Shown: positions 49,178 to 59,589 of the stretch, piece after piece
Numbering within the stretch: position 1 is the stretch's first letter
Layout: each line of letters begins with the position of its first letter
NCBI GenBank assembly: GCA_963706585.1
Contig: OY970169.1
Coordinates: forward strand, 503,086-567,085
Direction of reading: 5' to 3'
DNA from: an uncultured bacterium
Lineage (GTDB): Bacteria; Babelota; Babeliae; Babelales; Babelaceae
Length of the DNA stretch: 64,000 nucleotides
Notes under the pieces: generated by a model
What the model saw: the letters and a program-made list of their open reading frames with translations, nothing else
The model's database searches: none
Told to the model about the DNA's origin: nothing
Program-made: the position numbers and the translations under genes

Positions 49178-51439
49178 TTAATCTTCTTCACCTGATTCGG
49201 CAACTTGTTCTTTATAGCCACATGCCTTAGATGAGCAGAGGAGCGATATCGCACCTGTTTTAGCTGTTCGTTTTAAAAGATAAGGCAGGTTGCACTGCGG
49301 GCATGGAGTTTCTTGAATATCTCCTGGAATGCTAAAGGTACAGGCCGGATAGGTGCCACAGCCCCAAAATTTATTACCTTTCCAGGTTCGCTGAATAATA
49401 TCACCTTTCTTACAAAGTGGGCAACCGAAGCTTGCTTTAATAGGTTGTACATATTTGCATTCAGGATAACCAGTACATGCAATAAATTGGCCATATTTAC
49501 CCTTGACTTGGCGTAATGGTTTAGCGCACGTTGGGCATGCTTCGCTTAAAACCTTTGGTTGTTCAGCTTCTACAAGCTGTATAATTCCTTCAGGAGATCT
49601 TTCGAAGTTGCTCGTAAAAGTACATTCTGGATAGTTTAAGCACCCTAAAAAAGGGCCCATTTTGCCAAAACGGATTGCAAGCTTTTTAGCTGAACACTTT
49701 GGGCATGAGATAGTTGTTGGTTCTGGAACCCGTTTAGCTTGTCCGCCTCGAAATGCTTGTAAAGCTTTTTCAAAATTTGTGTAAAATTCTTTAAGCACGA
49801 CATCACGCTTTAGTGAGCCTTGAGCAATTTTATCAAGATCTTCTTCCATAGTTGCCGTGAATGTTACATTCATAATTTGTGGAAGATTATCATTGAGCAT
49901 TTTAATAACCGCCATGCCTAATTCTGTCGGCACAAAGCGTTTCTTACTATCGAGCGTAGTATAGGCACGTGCTTGAATTGTTTTTAAAATAGTTGCATAA
50001 GTACTTGGTCTGCCAATGCCGCCACGCTCTAATTCCTTTACCAAAGAAGCTTCGGTAAACCGAGGGGGTGGTTGAGTAAAGTGCTGCTTAGGAGTTATTT
50101 GTTCAAGATCAACTTGCATGCCTTCTTTAAAGTGTGCAGGAATTACTACTTTGCCTGCTTCTTCTTCATCTTCTAACACATAAACCTTGAGAAAACCATC
50201 AAAAATCAGTGTTGATCCAGTTACCTTAAAGGTAAATGCTCCGCCTAAAATAGTTACTTGTCGCTGTGCATATTGAGCAGGTTTTAGCTGCGAAGCTACG
50301 AATCGCTTCCAGATAAGCTCATACAGCTTAGCTTGATCGGGGCTAACAAAACGTTTTACATACTCTGGAGTTACGTTAACATCAATGGGACGAATAGCCT
50401 CATGAGCATCCTGAGCTTTGCTTTTGCTATACAGTTGCGCTTGCGCCGGTAAATAATCTTTGCCATAGGTTTTAGTAATATAGGACCGAGCATTTTTAAG
50501 TGCTGTGTCGGAAATCCGTAATGAGTCGGTACGCATGTATGTAATTAAAGCCACCGGAGTTGACGAATCTTCCAGAGGTATACCTTCATAGAGATTTTGT
50601 GCAACCTGCATAGTCTTTTGTACTGGAAATCCCAGACCATTATAGGCGCTTTGCTGCAAGGTGCTGGTCATAAAGGGTGCTGAAGGATTTTTCAGGCGCT
50701 TTGAATCTTTAATAGAATCAATAACATAGGAAGCTGCTTTAATACGCTTTACTAAGGCTTGAGCATCAGCTTCATTTTTAACGTCAATTTTTTTCTTATT
50801 TACTTGGGTCAAAGGAGCTAATAAACGGGAATTATCAGCTGCAAAAAGCCCATCTATTGACCAATATTCTTCTGGTTTAAATACTCTAATTTCATCTTCT
50901 CGTTGGCAGATAAGCTTCAAGGCTACCGATTGTACACGCCCAGCTGAAAGACCTTTAGAAATCTTTTGCCATAAAATAGGCGACACCTCATAACCAACCA
51001 ATCGGTCTAATATACGGCGGGCCTGTTGAGCAGAGACTTTAAGCAAGTCCACTGAAGAGGGATGAGCCAGGGCTTCCTCAATAGCTGGCTTGGTGATTTC
51101 GTTAAAGGTAATACGATGAAGTTTACGACTATCATGCATAACTTTTAGAATTTCTTGCTCAATATGCCATGCTATAATCTCGCCTTCTCTATCGGGGTCA
51201 GGAGCTAAATAGATTTCATCAGATGTTTTTGCTTCTTTAACTATCGAGGCTATGACTTTTGCTTTACCTTCAAGAACAACATATTTGAGCTCTATACCAT
51301 CATCCATGGTTATACCGAGCTCTTTTGGAGGAAGATCCATTATGTGGCCCACCGTTGACATAATCTTGAAATCTTTTCCTAAAAATTTAGAAATAGTTTT
51401 AATTTTTGCCGGGGACTCAACAATTAATAATTTTTTCAT
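49178..51439 (-). CDS. topA: DNA topoisomerase I
   Basis: 753 aa. TOPRIM N-terminus (MKKLLIVESPAKIKTI), the active-site region, and three C-terminal C4 zinc-ribbon motifs. Confidence 0.9.
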   Translation of the reverse strand: MKKLLIVESPAKIKTISKFLGKDFKIMSTVGHIMDLPPKELGITMDDGIELKYVVLEGKAKVIASIVKEAKTSDEIYLAPDPDREGEIIAWHIEQEILKVMHDSRKLHRITFNEITKPAIEEALAHPSSVDLLKVSAQQARRILDRLVGYEVSPILWQKISKGLSAGRVQSVALKLICQREDEIRVFKPEEYWSIDGLFAADNSRLLAPLTQVNKKKIDVKNEADAQALVKRIKAASYVIDSIKDSKRLKNPSAPFMTSTLQQSAYNGLGFPVQKTMQVAQNLYEGIPLEDSSTPVALITYMRTDSLRISDTALKNARSYITKTYGKDYLPAQAQLYSKSKAQDAHEAIRPIDVNVTPEYVKRFVSPDQAKLYELIWKRFVASQLKPAQYAQRQVTILGGAFTFKVTGSTLIFDGFLKVYVLEDEEEAGKVVIPAHFKEGMQVDLEQITPKQHFTQPPPRFTEASLVKELERGGIGRPSTYATILKTIQARAYTTLDSKKRFVPTELGMAVIKMLNDNLPQIMNVTFTATMEEDLDKIAQGSLKRDVVLKEFYTNFEKALQAFRGGQAKRVPEPTTISCPKCSAKKLAIRFGKMGPFLGCLNYPECTFTSNFERSPEGIIQLVEAEQPKVLSEACPTCAKPLRQVKGKYGQFIACTGYPECKYVQPIKASFGCPLCKKGDIIQRTWKGNKFWGCGTYPACTFSIPGDIQETPCPQCNLPYLLKRTAKTGAISLLCSSKACGYKEQVAESGEED

Positions 51440-51565
51440 GAGTAAACACTAGTTATGACAATACTATACTTTACTATATAGTAAAAAACTTATTTTCAAA
51501 AAGTCAAATGACTTAAAGAAATGGATGAATCATTTTTGAATAACTGTTACTATAATTTGAGCCGT

Positions 51566-52189
51566 TTATGTATGCATAATGCTTGCAAAATAAGCAGCTT
51601 CTTGTGCTGGATTTTCAGCATGGGTGATTGCTCGGCCGATTACAATACCGGCAGGGGCGATAGAAAGAACTTCTGCGATTGTCTCTCGAGAAACATGGGT
51701 AGAAACAAAAACTGGCAACTGTGTATTGCCTTTTACCATATCCCAGCTATCTAAGAACACAAAGTGCTCGTTTTCATCAGCAGGCTTATGAAACAAAAGA
51801 GCATCAACACCCAAGCTTTGTGCTTCTAATGCTGATTGTCCTAGTGAGCTGGCATCAAGAAGATCAAGCATGATCTTCTTCCCTAATTCATGAGCGATTG
51901 TGCAAGCAGTATGGATAACATTCTTGCTGGTGCCAGCCATAACGGTAATCCAATCAGTGCCTGCTTGAGCAAAGAGTGCTACCGAATCTTTGGATCTATC
52001 GACTATTTTTCCATCGGTGAGAATAATTTTTTTGGGAAATTTTTCTCTAAAGGATTTTATTGCTTTATCACCATGCTTGTAAATAAGTAAAGAGCCAATT
52101 TCTATAATATCTGCATACTGTTCAATTTCTGCCGCCACATCAAGGGCCTTTTCAAGATCAATAAGATCAAAAGCAACTTGTAGTTTCAT
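51566..52189 (-). CDS. OMP-decarboxylase-fold enzyme of the 3-hexulose-6-phosphate synthase / 3-keto-L-gulonate-6-P decarboxylase family
   Basis: MKLQVAFDLIDLEKAL...IEIGSLL...ILTDGKIVD is typical of HPS/KGPDC. Confidence 0.6.
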   Translation of the reverse strand: MKLQVAFDLIDLEKALDVAAEIEQYADIIEIGSLLIYKHGDKAIKSFREKFPKKIILTDGKIVDRSKDSVALFAQAGTDWITVMAGTSKNVIHTACTIAHELGKKIMLDLLDASSLGQSALEAQSLGVDALLFHKPADENEHFVFLDSWDMVKGNTQLPVFVSTHVSRETIAEVLSIAPAGIVIGRAITHAENPAQEAAYFASIMHT

Positions 52190-52356
52190 ATAAAAGGATT
52201 CCTTATAAAAATTAACTATAGGTACAGATAGTATAGCATTTTTTTTGTCAGTTGAAAAAATAGTTAATCGCTCATCATACTCCGATACAAAACCAAATTA
52301 CTAATTCACCCTACAAAATCAAAAGTCACGGAGCCATTAGTATGCTATCCCGACTC

Positions 52357-53097
52357 CTAGTTAGGGGCTAATTTTTCAATATAACCCTTTGTTACATATT
52401 TGTATACGAGTGAAACAGGTGAAAAATATCTTCTTACTTTTAAAAAGCGCAAAGCGCTTAATGTAGGACTTATTTTGGGGCTTACGTATATGTTAGGTAA
52501 TAAAAAATGAGCCGTATTTTCAACAGCCAATGATAAGCCAACAGGTACAAGCACATTTTTCGGATCAGCAAAAATAACAAGTGCATCCAATGGAATTCTT
52601 CGATTCTTAGGTACAGTTTGTTCAGTCGTTTGCCAAAACTTTTCACCCTTTTCATTTTCTGTCAGTTCAACAATATGATAGCTTGCCGGCACACCTTTAA
52701 TGAGTTCCCAATGATGTACGGTGCTTGTAGGTATTTGAGCGGTTGGGTAAAAGATCGGCTTGATGCTCTGAGTTACAAAAATACGGATGCGTGGCCTTAA
52801 ACTTTGTCTTGGAAATAGTATTTGACCATTGGTATCAGAATAGCGAGAAAAACCGGCATAGGTCACACATATGCCGCTTACTAAATAACTATTAGCTAAA
52901 TGTTGCTTAACAAGTGAATAGGTAAGAGCGCCATGTGTTGCCGCTTTATTATTGAACTTATCTGCGGTAAAATTCTTTGCTGGGTGTAAGGGCTTAAAAA
53001 AAAAAGTGATAATGTGAGGAGTTTGTTCTGCAGCCCGTACGTCTCTATGCACAACTGTCATGAGTAACATAGCAATTATTAGGCTTGAGCTCTTCAT
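52357..53097 (-). CDS. Secreted hypothetical protein, 246 aa
   Basis: Signal peptide MKSSSLIIAMLLMTVVHRDVRA. No family recognised. Confidence 0.45.
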   Translation of the reverse strand: MKSSSLIIAMLLMTVVHRDVRAAEQTPHIITFFFKPLHPAKNFTADKFNNKAATHGALTYSLVKQHLANSYLVSGICVTYAGFSRYSDTNGQILFPRQSLRPRIRIFVTQSIKPIFYPTAQIPTSTVHHWELIKGVPASYHIVELTENEKGEKFWQTTEQTVPKNRRIPLDALVIFADPKNVLVPVGLSLAVENTAHFLLPNIYVSPKISPTLSALRFLKVRRYFSPVSLVYKYVTKGYIEKLAPN

Positions 53098-53176
53098 ATT
53101 TTTTATCCAATCTTTAGACTAAAAGAGTATCATTAGTCGTACCTTAGCAAACGAACAAACACAAAGTCTATGTTTT

Positions 53177-53815
53177 ATGGAAAAAAAATTATTGCCAGAT
53201 CAAGAGTTATGGCATGCTTTTACTCAGCGTCATAATCTTACTGATTATCAAGTTGAGCAATTTAAGCATTACTATCTCCTGCTTATACAAGAAAATGATA
53301 AATATAATCTTACTACAATCACCGATTTGGCTTCAGTGATCACATATCACTTTGACGATTCGCTAGCACTGTTGAGCATTATCGATTGTAGAAAGATTTC
53401 AACATTTGCAGATATAGGCACTGGAGCGGGTTTTCCAGCAATTCCGTTAAAAATTGTATATCCACACCTTCATGCTATACTTATTGAAGTCCAGCATAAA
53501 AGAATCACTTTTTTGCAACTCGTTATGAGCAGATTGAGATTAGATTCAATAACTGTAGTGGCAAGCGATTGGCGTACATTTTTGCGCAAAACAACATTTC
53601 CAATTGAGTTATTTTGTGCGCGAGCATCGCTTCACCCTGAAGAGCTCATACGAGTATTTAAGCCATCTTCCTTTTATAGGAATACGTGCCTTGTGTATTG
53701 GGCTTCAATGACGTGGCAGCCTCAAAAAAAAGAATTGCCTTTTATAAGCTGCCAAGTAGAATACGTATTAGGTAATAAAAAGAGGAAGTTAGTAGTATTT
53801 CGCCTATCTGAGTAA
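53177..53815 (+). CDS. rsmG: 16S rRNA (guanine527-N7)-methyltransferase RsmG (GidB)
   Basis: YNLTTI and DIGTGAGFPAIPLKI SAM-binding motifs, about 212 aa. Confidence 0.75.
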   Translation: MEKKLLPDQELWHAFTQRHNLTDYQVEQFKHYYLLLIQENDKYNLTTITDLASVITYHFDDSLALLSIIDCRKISTFADIGTGAGFPAIPLKIVYPHLHAILIEVQHKRITFLQLVMSRLRLDSITVVASDWRTFLRKTTFPIELFCARASLHPEELIRVFKPSSFYRNTCLVYWASMTWQPQKKELPFISCQVEYVLGNKKRKLVVFRLSE

Positions 53816-53834
53816 AGCATTAGGAATTACGAAC

Positions 53835-55274
53835 ATGAAAAAAACTCTCGCTCAGGCGCCTAGGGCAACGAGTCATCGGTTAGATGAATCAGCTGGCGAA
53901 GGATATAGTAACATTCTTGGCTACTTTTTCCCTGAGTTAATAACTTCTCTATTGCTTTATATGGCTTTAAATTTCATTGATAGTAGATTAATTGCCTATT
54001 CTCAAGAAACAGCTACATATGCTGCTTCTGGCATTATTCAGCAGTTATTCCATTTTCTCACCAAAATTGCTGAAGGACTTTCCATTGGTACTATAATAGT
54101 TTGTGGTCAATCCAATGGAGCTGCCCAATACAAGCAGGCTGGCCGCTTCTTGATTGACTCCTTCTGGATAACATTTTTTATGGGTGGCCTTATAGCTCTT
54201 TGTCTTTACCTAACAGCATACTGGATTTATGTTTTCTCTGGTCTGCCAGTCGAAGTCATGAGTTTGGGGGTTTCTTATCTGCGTCTTCGTGCATTGACGG
54301 TTTTCTTAAGTTTTGTTTTTTTTGCTTTGATCGGCTTTATGCGAGGTATTAAAAATACAAAAGCTCCCATGTTTCTTTTCATGAGCGGCGGCGTAGTCTT
54401 CGTTTTTTTTGACTATGCATTAATTTTAGGACAATGGGGTTTTCCTCACTTAGGATTTCAGGGATCTGCCTGGGCATCGGTACTGCAATATTGTTTTATG
54501 CTTTCAGGAGCTCTTATCTATCTTCTATACAACGGAAATATGCAAAAATATGCCCTTTCATTGGCTTCATTTTCACATATAAGCTGGAACAATAGCATTG
54601 AGCTATTGAGGGTAAGTTGGCCGGTGATGCTTGATAAAGGAATGCTTGCGGGTTGCCATTTATGGCTTAGTTGCATGATGTGTAAACTTGCAGCTGCTAT
54701 AGGCAGCCAAACGGGCACTATAGTATTGGCTAGCTTCACTGCAATTAAAGATTTGGAGCGTTTGGCAATTATACCAGGACTGGCATTTGCTCAAGTCATA
54801 ACATTCTTGGTAAGTAATGATTCTTATGTACACAACTGGCTAGGCATAACAAATAACATCAAAAAAGTGCTTATTCTTTCCCATAGCATGGTAGCTGGGA
54901 TCCTAGCGCTATTCTCGCTTTATCCCTATTTATTTCTTAGCTTTTTTGATAAACAGCAAGTGTTTAGCATGTTTGCCGCTGCTGCCATACCGATGTTGAG
55001 CATTCTTGTGTTTTTTGATCTAGGACAGTTAATTTTATCGGGGGCATTACGTGGATCTGCTAACGTAAAAATTGTTATGTTGGTACGTGTCGTGGTAACT
55101 CTCGGTTACTTTCTGCCTGTTTCTTGGTTTATAACGCACTTAACCATAAGTAATCCGCTTGTTCATTTTGTATTGCTCTATGGATCATTATATATTGGCA
55201 ATGCGCTTATGACTGCTGTGTATCTGTATTACTTTAAAACTGAAAAATGGAAAAAATTTGCCCTACAAGCGTAA
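53835..55274 (+). CDS. 12-TM MOP-superfamily (MATE-like) transporter/flippase
   Basis: 479 aa with about 12 hydrophobic helices in two 6-TM halves. Family assignment is tentative. Confidence 0.4.
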   Translation: MKKTLAQAPRATSHRLDESAGEGYSNILGYFFPELITSLLLYMALNFIDSRLIAYSQETATYAASGIIQQLFHFLTKIAEGLSIGTIIVCGQSNGAAQYKQAGRFLIDSFWITFFMGGLIALCLYLTAYWIYVFSGLPVEVMSLGVSYLRLRALTVFLSFVFFALIGFMRGIKNTKAPMFLFMSGGVVFVFFDYALILGQWGFPHLGFQGSAWASVLQYCFMLSGALIYLLYNGNMQKYALSLASFSHISWNNSIELLRVSWPVMLDKGMLAGCHLWLSCMMCKLAAAIGSQTGTIVLASFTAIKDLERLAIIPGLAFAQVITFLVSNDSYVHNWLGITNNIKKVLILSHSMVAGILALFSLYPYLFLSFFDKQQVFSMFAAAAIPMLSILVFFDLGQLILSGALRGSANVKIVMLVRVVVTLGYFLPVSWFITHLTISNPLVHFVLLYGSLYIGNALMTAVYLYYFKTEKWKKFALQA

Positions 55275-55283
55275 AGGATCACT

Positions 55284-55571
55284 ATGACCCGTTTAATAAC
55301 AGAAGAAGAGATAATAGCACTGGCAAAACTTTCACACATACACCTCGAGCAACATGATATTGTTCCTCTAACAACTGAAATCGAAGATGTTTTGAAATAT
55401 GCTGCTTTTTTAAAAGATTTTGCGACTAAGTATGAGGAACAACCTTTAGTTCAAAACGTAAATATCTTACGTGAAGATAAAGCTGTAGCTATAGACACTG
55501 AACCACTGCTCGCGTTAGCCCCTGAACGGGAAAGAAATTATTTTGTTGTTCCGGTAATAGTAAAGCAATAA
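55284..55571 (+). CDS. gatC: Asp/Glu-tRNA amidotransferase subunit C
   Basis: 95 aa with EEIIALAKLSHIHLEQHDI, and immediately followed by gatA. Confidence 0.7.
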   Translation: MTRLITEEEIIALAKLSHIHLEQHDIVPLTTEIEDVLKYAAFLKDFATKYEEQPLVQNVNILREDKAVAIDTEPLLALAPERERNYFVVPVIVKQ

Positions 55572-55616
55572 TAGTGATTTGGTTACCATTAAAATTTAGA
55601 CTTTGGAAGAATTGGC

Positions 55617-57059
55617 ATGAATGACTTTACGTTTAGCTCAATACAAGAGCTAAAAGAGTACCTAAGAAAAAAAGAGATCTCAGTTGAACAGCTTCTTGAT
55701 TTCTTCATAAAGCGTTTTACTGAACATGATAAAACCTTAGAAACAGCATTAGAGATTTTCGAAAAGCACTCTATTATGCAGCAAGCTGCAAAAGAAGGGT
55801 TACTTTCGGGTATACCGGGGTTGCTGAAAGACAATATCTGTCAGCAAGGTCGTATAGCTTCATGTGCATCGAAAATGTTACAACATTACCGAGCTCCCTA
55901 TAATGCTACGGTAACCAAGCGTTTGAATGCAGCAGGTGCATTATGCATAGGGCGTGCTAATATGGATGAATTTGCTATGGGCAGTTCTACCGAGACCTCT
56001 GCTTTTGCTAAAACGAAAAATCCATGGCATCTAGGCTGTGTGCCTGGAGGCTCAAGTGGGGGATCTGCTGCTGCAGTAGCCGCAGGCTTAGTCCCCTGGG
56101 CCTTAGGCAGCGAAACAGGGGGTTCTGTGCGTCAGCCTGCAAGTCTTTGCGGTGTTGTTGGACTCAAACCCACCTATGGTCTTGTTTCGCGCAATGGTCT
56201 TATTGCCTATGCTTCATCGCTTGATCAAATTGGACCAATTACCCGAACGGTATATGATAATGCTCTCGTCTTCTCCGTTTTGGCCGGGCATGATTCAAAT
56301 GATTCAACGTCCTTGCCCGTCAAACCCCAAGATTATACCCAGTACCTTAATGGTAAACTACCAGAGGGCTTTACCCTAGGCGTCATTGACAATGCTATGC
56401 AAGCTGATGGAATTGATCCAGAAGTTATCAGTGCTCTTGAGCAAGCCATTAAGACTTTTGAAAAGCTTGGTGCAAGGATTAAACGGGTTAATTTGCCCCT
56501 CATGAACTCAGGGGCAGCTGTTTACTTTATGATTAGCAGAGCTGAAGCGGCATCGAATTTGGCCCGCTTTGATGGGGTTCGTTATGGCTACAGGAGTGCT
56601 CAACAGGATACGCTTTCTGACATGTACGCCCACACCCGGTCTGAAGGCTTTGGCTGGGAAGTTAAGCGCCGTATTTTATTAGGCAACTATGTACTTTCAG
56701 CAGGTCATGCTGATGCCTATTACAATAGCGCAAAAAAGGTTCAAGGGCTTATGCGTAATGAATTTATACAGGCCTTTAAAGAAGTTAATCTGCTCTTTGC
56801 TCCAGTGTCTCCGGCTCCAGCATTTGCCTTTGGTGCATTTGCGGATAACAAGCTTGCAATGGATTTACAGGACTATTTCACTGCTCCCGCAAATTTAGCT
56901 GGCGTTCCCGCCCTTGCGGTGCCCTGCGGATTTACAAAGAGTAAGATGCCTATTGGGTTCCAACTTATAGGACCAGACCTTTCTGAGGACCAGCTCTTTC
57001 AAGCTGGTCATGCATATGAACAGTCTACTCTTTGGCACACTATGCACCCAACCTTGTAA
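55617..57059 (+). CDS. gatA: Asp/Glu-tRNA amidotransferase subunit A
   Basis: Amidase signature GGSSGGSAAAVAAG and the Ser-cisSer-Lys triad context, 480 aa. Confidence 0.9.
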   Translation: MNDFTFSSIQELKEYLRKKEISVEQLLDFFIKRFTEHDKTLETALEIFEKHSIMQQAAKEGLLSGIPGLLKDNICQQGRIASCASKMLQHYRAPYNATVTKRLNAAGALCIGRANMDEFAMGSSTETSAFAKTKNPWHLGCVPGGSSGGSAAAVAAGLVPWALGSETGGSVRQPASLCGVVGLKPTYGLVSRNGLIAYASSLDQIGPITRTVYDNALVFSVLAGHDSNDSTSLPVKPQDYTQYLNGKLPEGFTLGVIDNAMQADGIDPEVISALEQAIKTFEKLGARIKRVNLPLMNSGAAVYFMISRAEAASNLARFDGVRYGYRSAQQDTLSDMYAHTRSEGFGWEVKRRILLGNYVLSAGHADAYYNSAKKVQGLMRNEFIQAFKEVNLLFAPVSPAPAFAFGAFADNKLAMDLQDYFTAPANLAGVPALAVPCGFTKSKMPIGFQLIGPDLSEDQLFQAGHAYEQSTLWHTMHPTL

Positions 57060-57071
57060 GGCAATAAAACT

Positions 57072-57572
57072 ATGAATAAATTACTGGTACTGTTGTGCTG
57101 TATACCTAGTCTATTTTTTGCTATGGACGAACATCATATACCAACGAAGGCTGAGATTGATGCTGGTTTGGTTCCGCAATGGGCAAATATTGCTTTTAAT
57201 CGGAATTTTCGGAAAACGAAATTCATTAGAGACTCTCAAGGCATAGTTCCTAATTATGATGAATATTGTGTTGAGTATCCGGCACCAGATAATCAAGCGG
57301 TAATAGTCACGCTAAAGCTCAGGTTTGATGGAATTAATCCTGGGCATCAATTTCTAGCAAGCGAAGAAAGTATCTGTGTCCGTCCTGCGAATTGGACAAA
57401 TGAGCCACCAGGTAGAATTGGAAAACCCTTTAACCCAAGCCAGCGTAATTATTGGGTTTCCTACCTATACGCTCATAAATGGACAACCCTTGCAATAGCC
57501 GGCTCTATTTTTGCCGCCTATAGCATTGTAAAATGGTTAAGAAATCGCAAAGAACATAAAGCGGAAAATTAA
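57072..57572 (+). CDS. Hypothetical exported/membrane-anchored protein
   Basis: N-terminal signal peptide and C-terminal TM. Occupies the position where gatB is often found. Confidence 0.4.
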   Translation: MNKLLVLLCCIPSLFFAMDEHHIPTKAEIDAGLVPQWANIAFNRNFRKTKFIRDSQGIVPNYDEYCVEYPAPDNQAVIVTLKLRFDGINPGHQFLASEESICVRPANWTNEPPGRIGKPFNPSQRNYWVSYLYAHKWTTLAIAGSIFAAYSIVKWLRNRKEHKAEN

Positions 57573-57599
57573 CACTCTTGGTCCGTGCAAAGCTTTTCA

Positions 57600-58049
57600 T
57601 TATGCTGGCTTTTTCTCAGTACATTGGAATCCTACAACTTTGCCATCGCAGCCAATTCCCCAACGACCCTGATCAGAGTTATTGATCCACAATGTTACAT
57701 TGTCAGCGCTTGACGCAACATCAATAGAGGGAAAAAGATCAGCCGAGCCGTAATGCTTGTCATAATGGTAAAAATCAGCACTGCTGTATCCGCATGCTAG
57801 CAATATAGCTGTGCCAGGAATTTCTTGTACGTTTACATCGGGAAATCCTTGTAAGTCGAAACGCATGGTATCAGTGCACCAACCACCCCAAGGATGAAGA
57901 AATACGCTTATAGGATCAGGACTTAGGTTTCTTATTGTTATCGTCTTAGCTACTGCCTGCTGAGTTGTTAGTGCTAACAAAGCAATAATGACATAGAATA
58001 GGTTTTTACTAGAGATATACTTCATTACTTCTCCCAATTTTTCTAGCAA
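57600..58049 (-). CDS. Secreted hypothetical protein, 149 aa
   Basis: Signal peptide LFYVIIALLALTTQQAVA and a Cys-containing mature part. Confidence 0.45.
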   Translation of the reverse strand: MLEKLGEVMKYISSKNLFYVIIALLALTTQQAVAKTITIRNLSPDPISVFLHPWGGWCTDTMRFDLQGFPDVNVQEIPGTAILLACGYSSADFYHYDKHYGSADLFPSIDVASSADNVTLWINNSDQGRWGIGCDGKVVGFQCTEKKPA

Positions 58050-58264
58050 TATTCAAATGTGCTAGTAACTAATTTTTTATAAAGACTTACTTCTTTTAAA
58101 TTATTGCAAATTTTTATCCAATTAGTCAATAATTTTTATTAGTTTTGTTCAACACGTCTAATGATTTAGGCTTATTGACAGTGGACATAAGTAGCATTTA
58201 AGGCGGTTTAGAGTTAGACTTTGACTCTATACTGAACGCGTAATGATAAGTAAAGAGGTTTGAA

Positions 58265-58471
58265 ATGAGACTCAAAATTATTCGTATAGGCAATTCATTT
58301 GGGATAAAAGTCCCTAAAATGTTGTTAAAACAATGTGGATTCAAAAATTCTGCTATTGCTAGAGCTGAAAATGGTAATCTAATACTTTCGCCAGCAAAAA
58401 AGCTGCGCCAGGGCTGGCTAGCGGCATTTAAGAAAATGGCACAAGCTGGCGATGACAAATTACTCGATTAG
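58265..58471 (+). CDS. AbrB/MazE/PemI-family antitoxin, orphan
   Basis: MRLKIIRIGNSFGIKVPKMLL is a SpoVT/AbrB swapped-hairpin motif. No toxin gene follows because the end of potD abuts it. Confidence 0.6.
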   Translation: MRLKIIRIGNSFGIKVPKMLLKQCGFKNSAIARAENGNLILSPAKKLRQGWLAAFKKMAQAGDDKLLD

Positions 58472-59589
58472 GACTTAATAGCCACCCAAACATCATGCAA
58501 GTCTTGCTCGGTTAGACCATCTTCTAGATCATCAACGCGCAAGAAATCGAATTTGGCAAAATCTGCCGCTTCCATTTTCAAAAATGAGCTAACCTCAGGG
58601 GTTAACGTCAGTCGATCAAGCACATCAAGAGTCGTTGGGAAAAAGCCAAACTTTTCAAAATTATGAGCAACAATCTCTGGGTCATAAAGAAATGAAAGAA
58701 ATTGATACACCAGATCATCTTTAGTGCTGGTGCTCGGCATAGCAAAGCTTTCAATAGTAATAAGCGTCCCCTCTTGAGGTACTAGAAATCCAATATGAGG
58801 AAAATCGCGCATACTGCGCCAGATATATGAACTTGATGAAACTACCACAGGGCAGTTTTTGGTTGCTATCAGATAATCAGCTCGAAAGTCAGAATATGCT
58901 TCAATCCACGATCGCTGCTTTATTAACAATTTTTTTACCGCTTCCAACTTTTTTTTACCAAAATGAGCAATCGAATGAAATAAATAATAAGCAGCAACAG
59001 GTATAGCAACCAATGGGTCATTAATCATCACGATTTTATAATTAATGAGCTTGGGATCAAATATGAGTCCCCATGTTGGTTTGGGCCTAGTTGAAAAGAA
59101 ATCCTTATCATAGCCTATACCAAACACCGCCCATTCTAAAGGTAAGGAATAATCATTCTCAGGATCAAAATAATGATGCAATAATAAGGGATTAAAATGT
59201 TTAAAAAATGGCATACGCTCTTTGTCGAATTTTTTAAGCAGCCCTTTTTTTCTTAAGATATCGATCGTATAATCAGAAGGAATAATAAGATCGTAGCCAG
59301 CTCCTTTTGTTGCTTTTAATTTTACTAATAGTTCTTCGTTGCTCTCGTAGTAACTTACGTTAACTCTAATACCAGTCTTTTGCTCAAACTTGGTAATAAC
59401 ATAATTATCCAAGCTATCGGGCCAAGCAAAAATATTAAGCACTTTTTCTCCGCCTAACGATGTACAAAATTTAGGCGCATATAAAAAACTTAAAATGAGA
59501 GCGATCCAGAGTAAGATAATAATCAAACGTATTATAAACATGGTTGGTTTAAAGAAATGAACCATGCTAAAAGATCCTTGTTTTTGCAT
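58468..59589 (-). CDS. potD: Spermidine/putrescine ABC transporter periplasmic binding protein
   Basis: 373 aa with a signal anchor and PotD-like sequence. Lies in an operon with potCBA. Confidence 0.8.
   Translation of the reverse strand: MQKQGSFSMVHFFKPTMFIIRLIIILLWIALILSFLYAPKFCTSLGGEKVLNIFAWPDSLDNYVITKFEQKTGIRVNVSYYESNEELLVKLKATKGAGYDLIIPSDYTIDILRKKGLLKKFDKERMPFFKHFNPLLLHHYFDPENDYSLPLEWAVFGIGYDKDFFSTRPKPTWGLIFDPKLINYKIVMINDPLVAIPVAAYYLFHSIAHFGKKKLEAVKKLLIKQRSWIEAYSDFRADYLIATKNCPVVVSSSSYIWRSMRDFPHIGFLVPQEGTLITIESFAMPSTSTKDDLVYQFLSFLYDPEIVAHNFEKFGFFPTTLDVLDRLTLTPEVSSFLKMEAADFAKFDFLRVDDLEDGLTEQDLHDVWVAIKS

Noticed and set aside
49094-49280. Possible CRISPR-like direct repeats
   Set aside because: There are only two copies, the second lies inside the topA coding sequence, and there is no spacer-repeat periodicity. 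It is a simple tandem duplication.
56024-56898. Alternative-frame ORFs inside gatA
   Set aside because: They are embedded in a well-supported 480-aa gatA reading frame.
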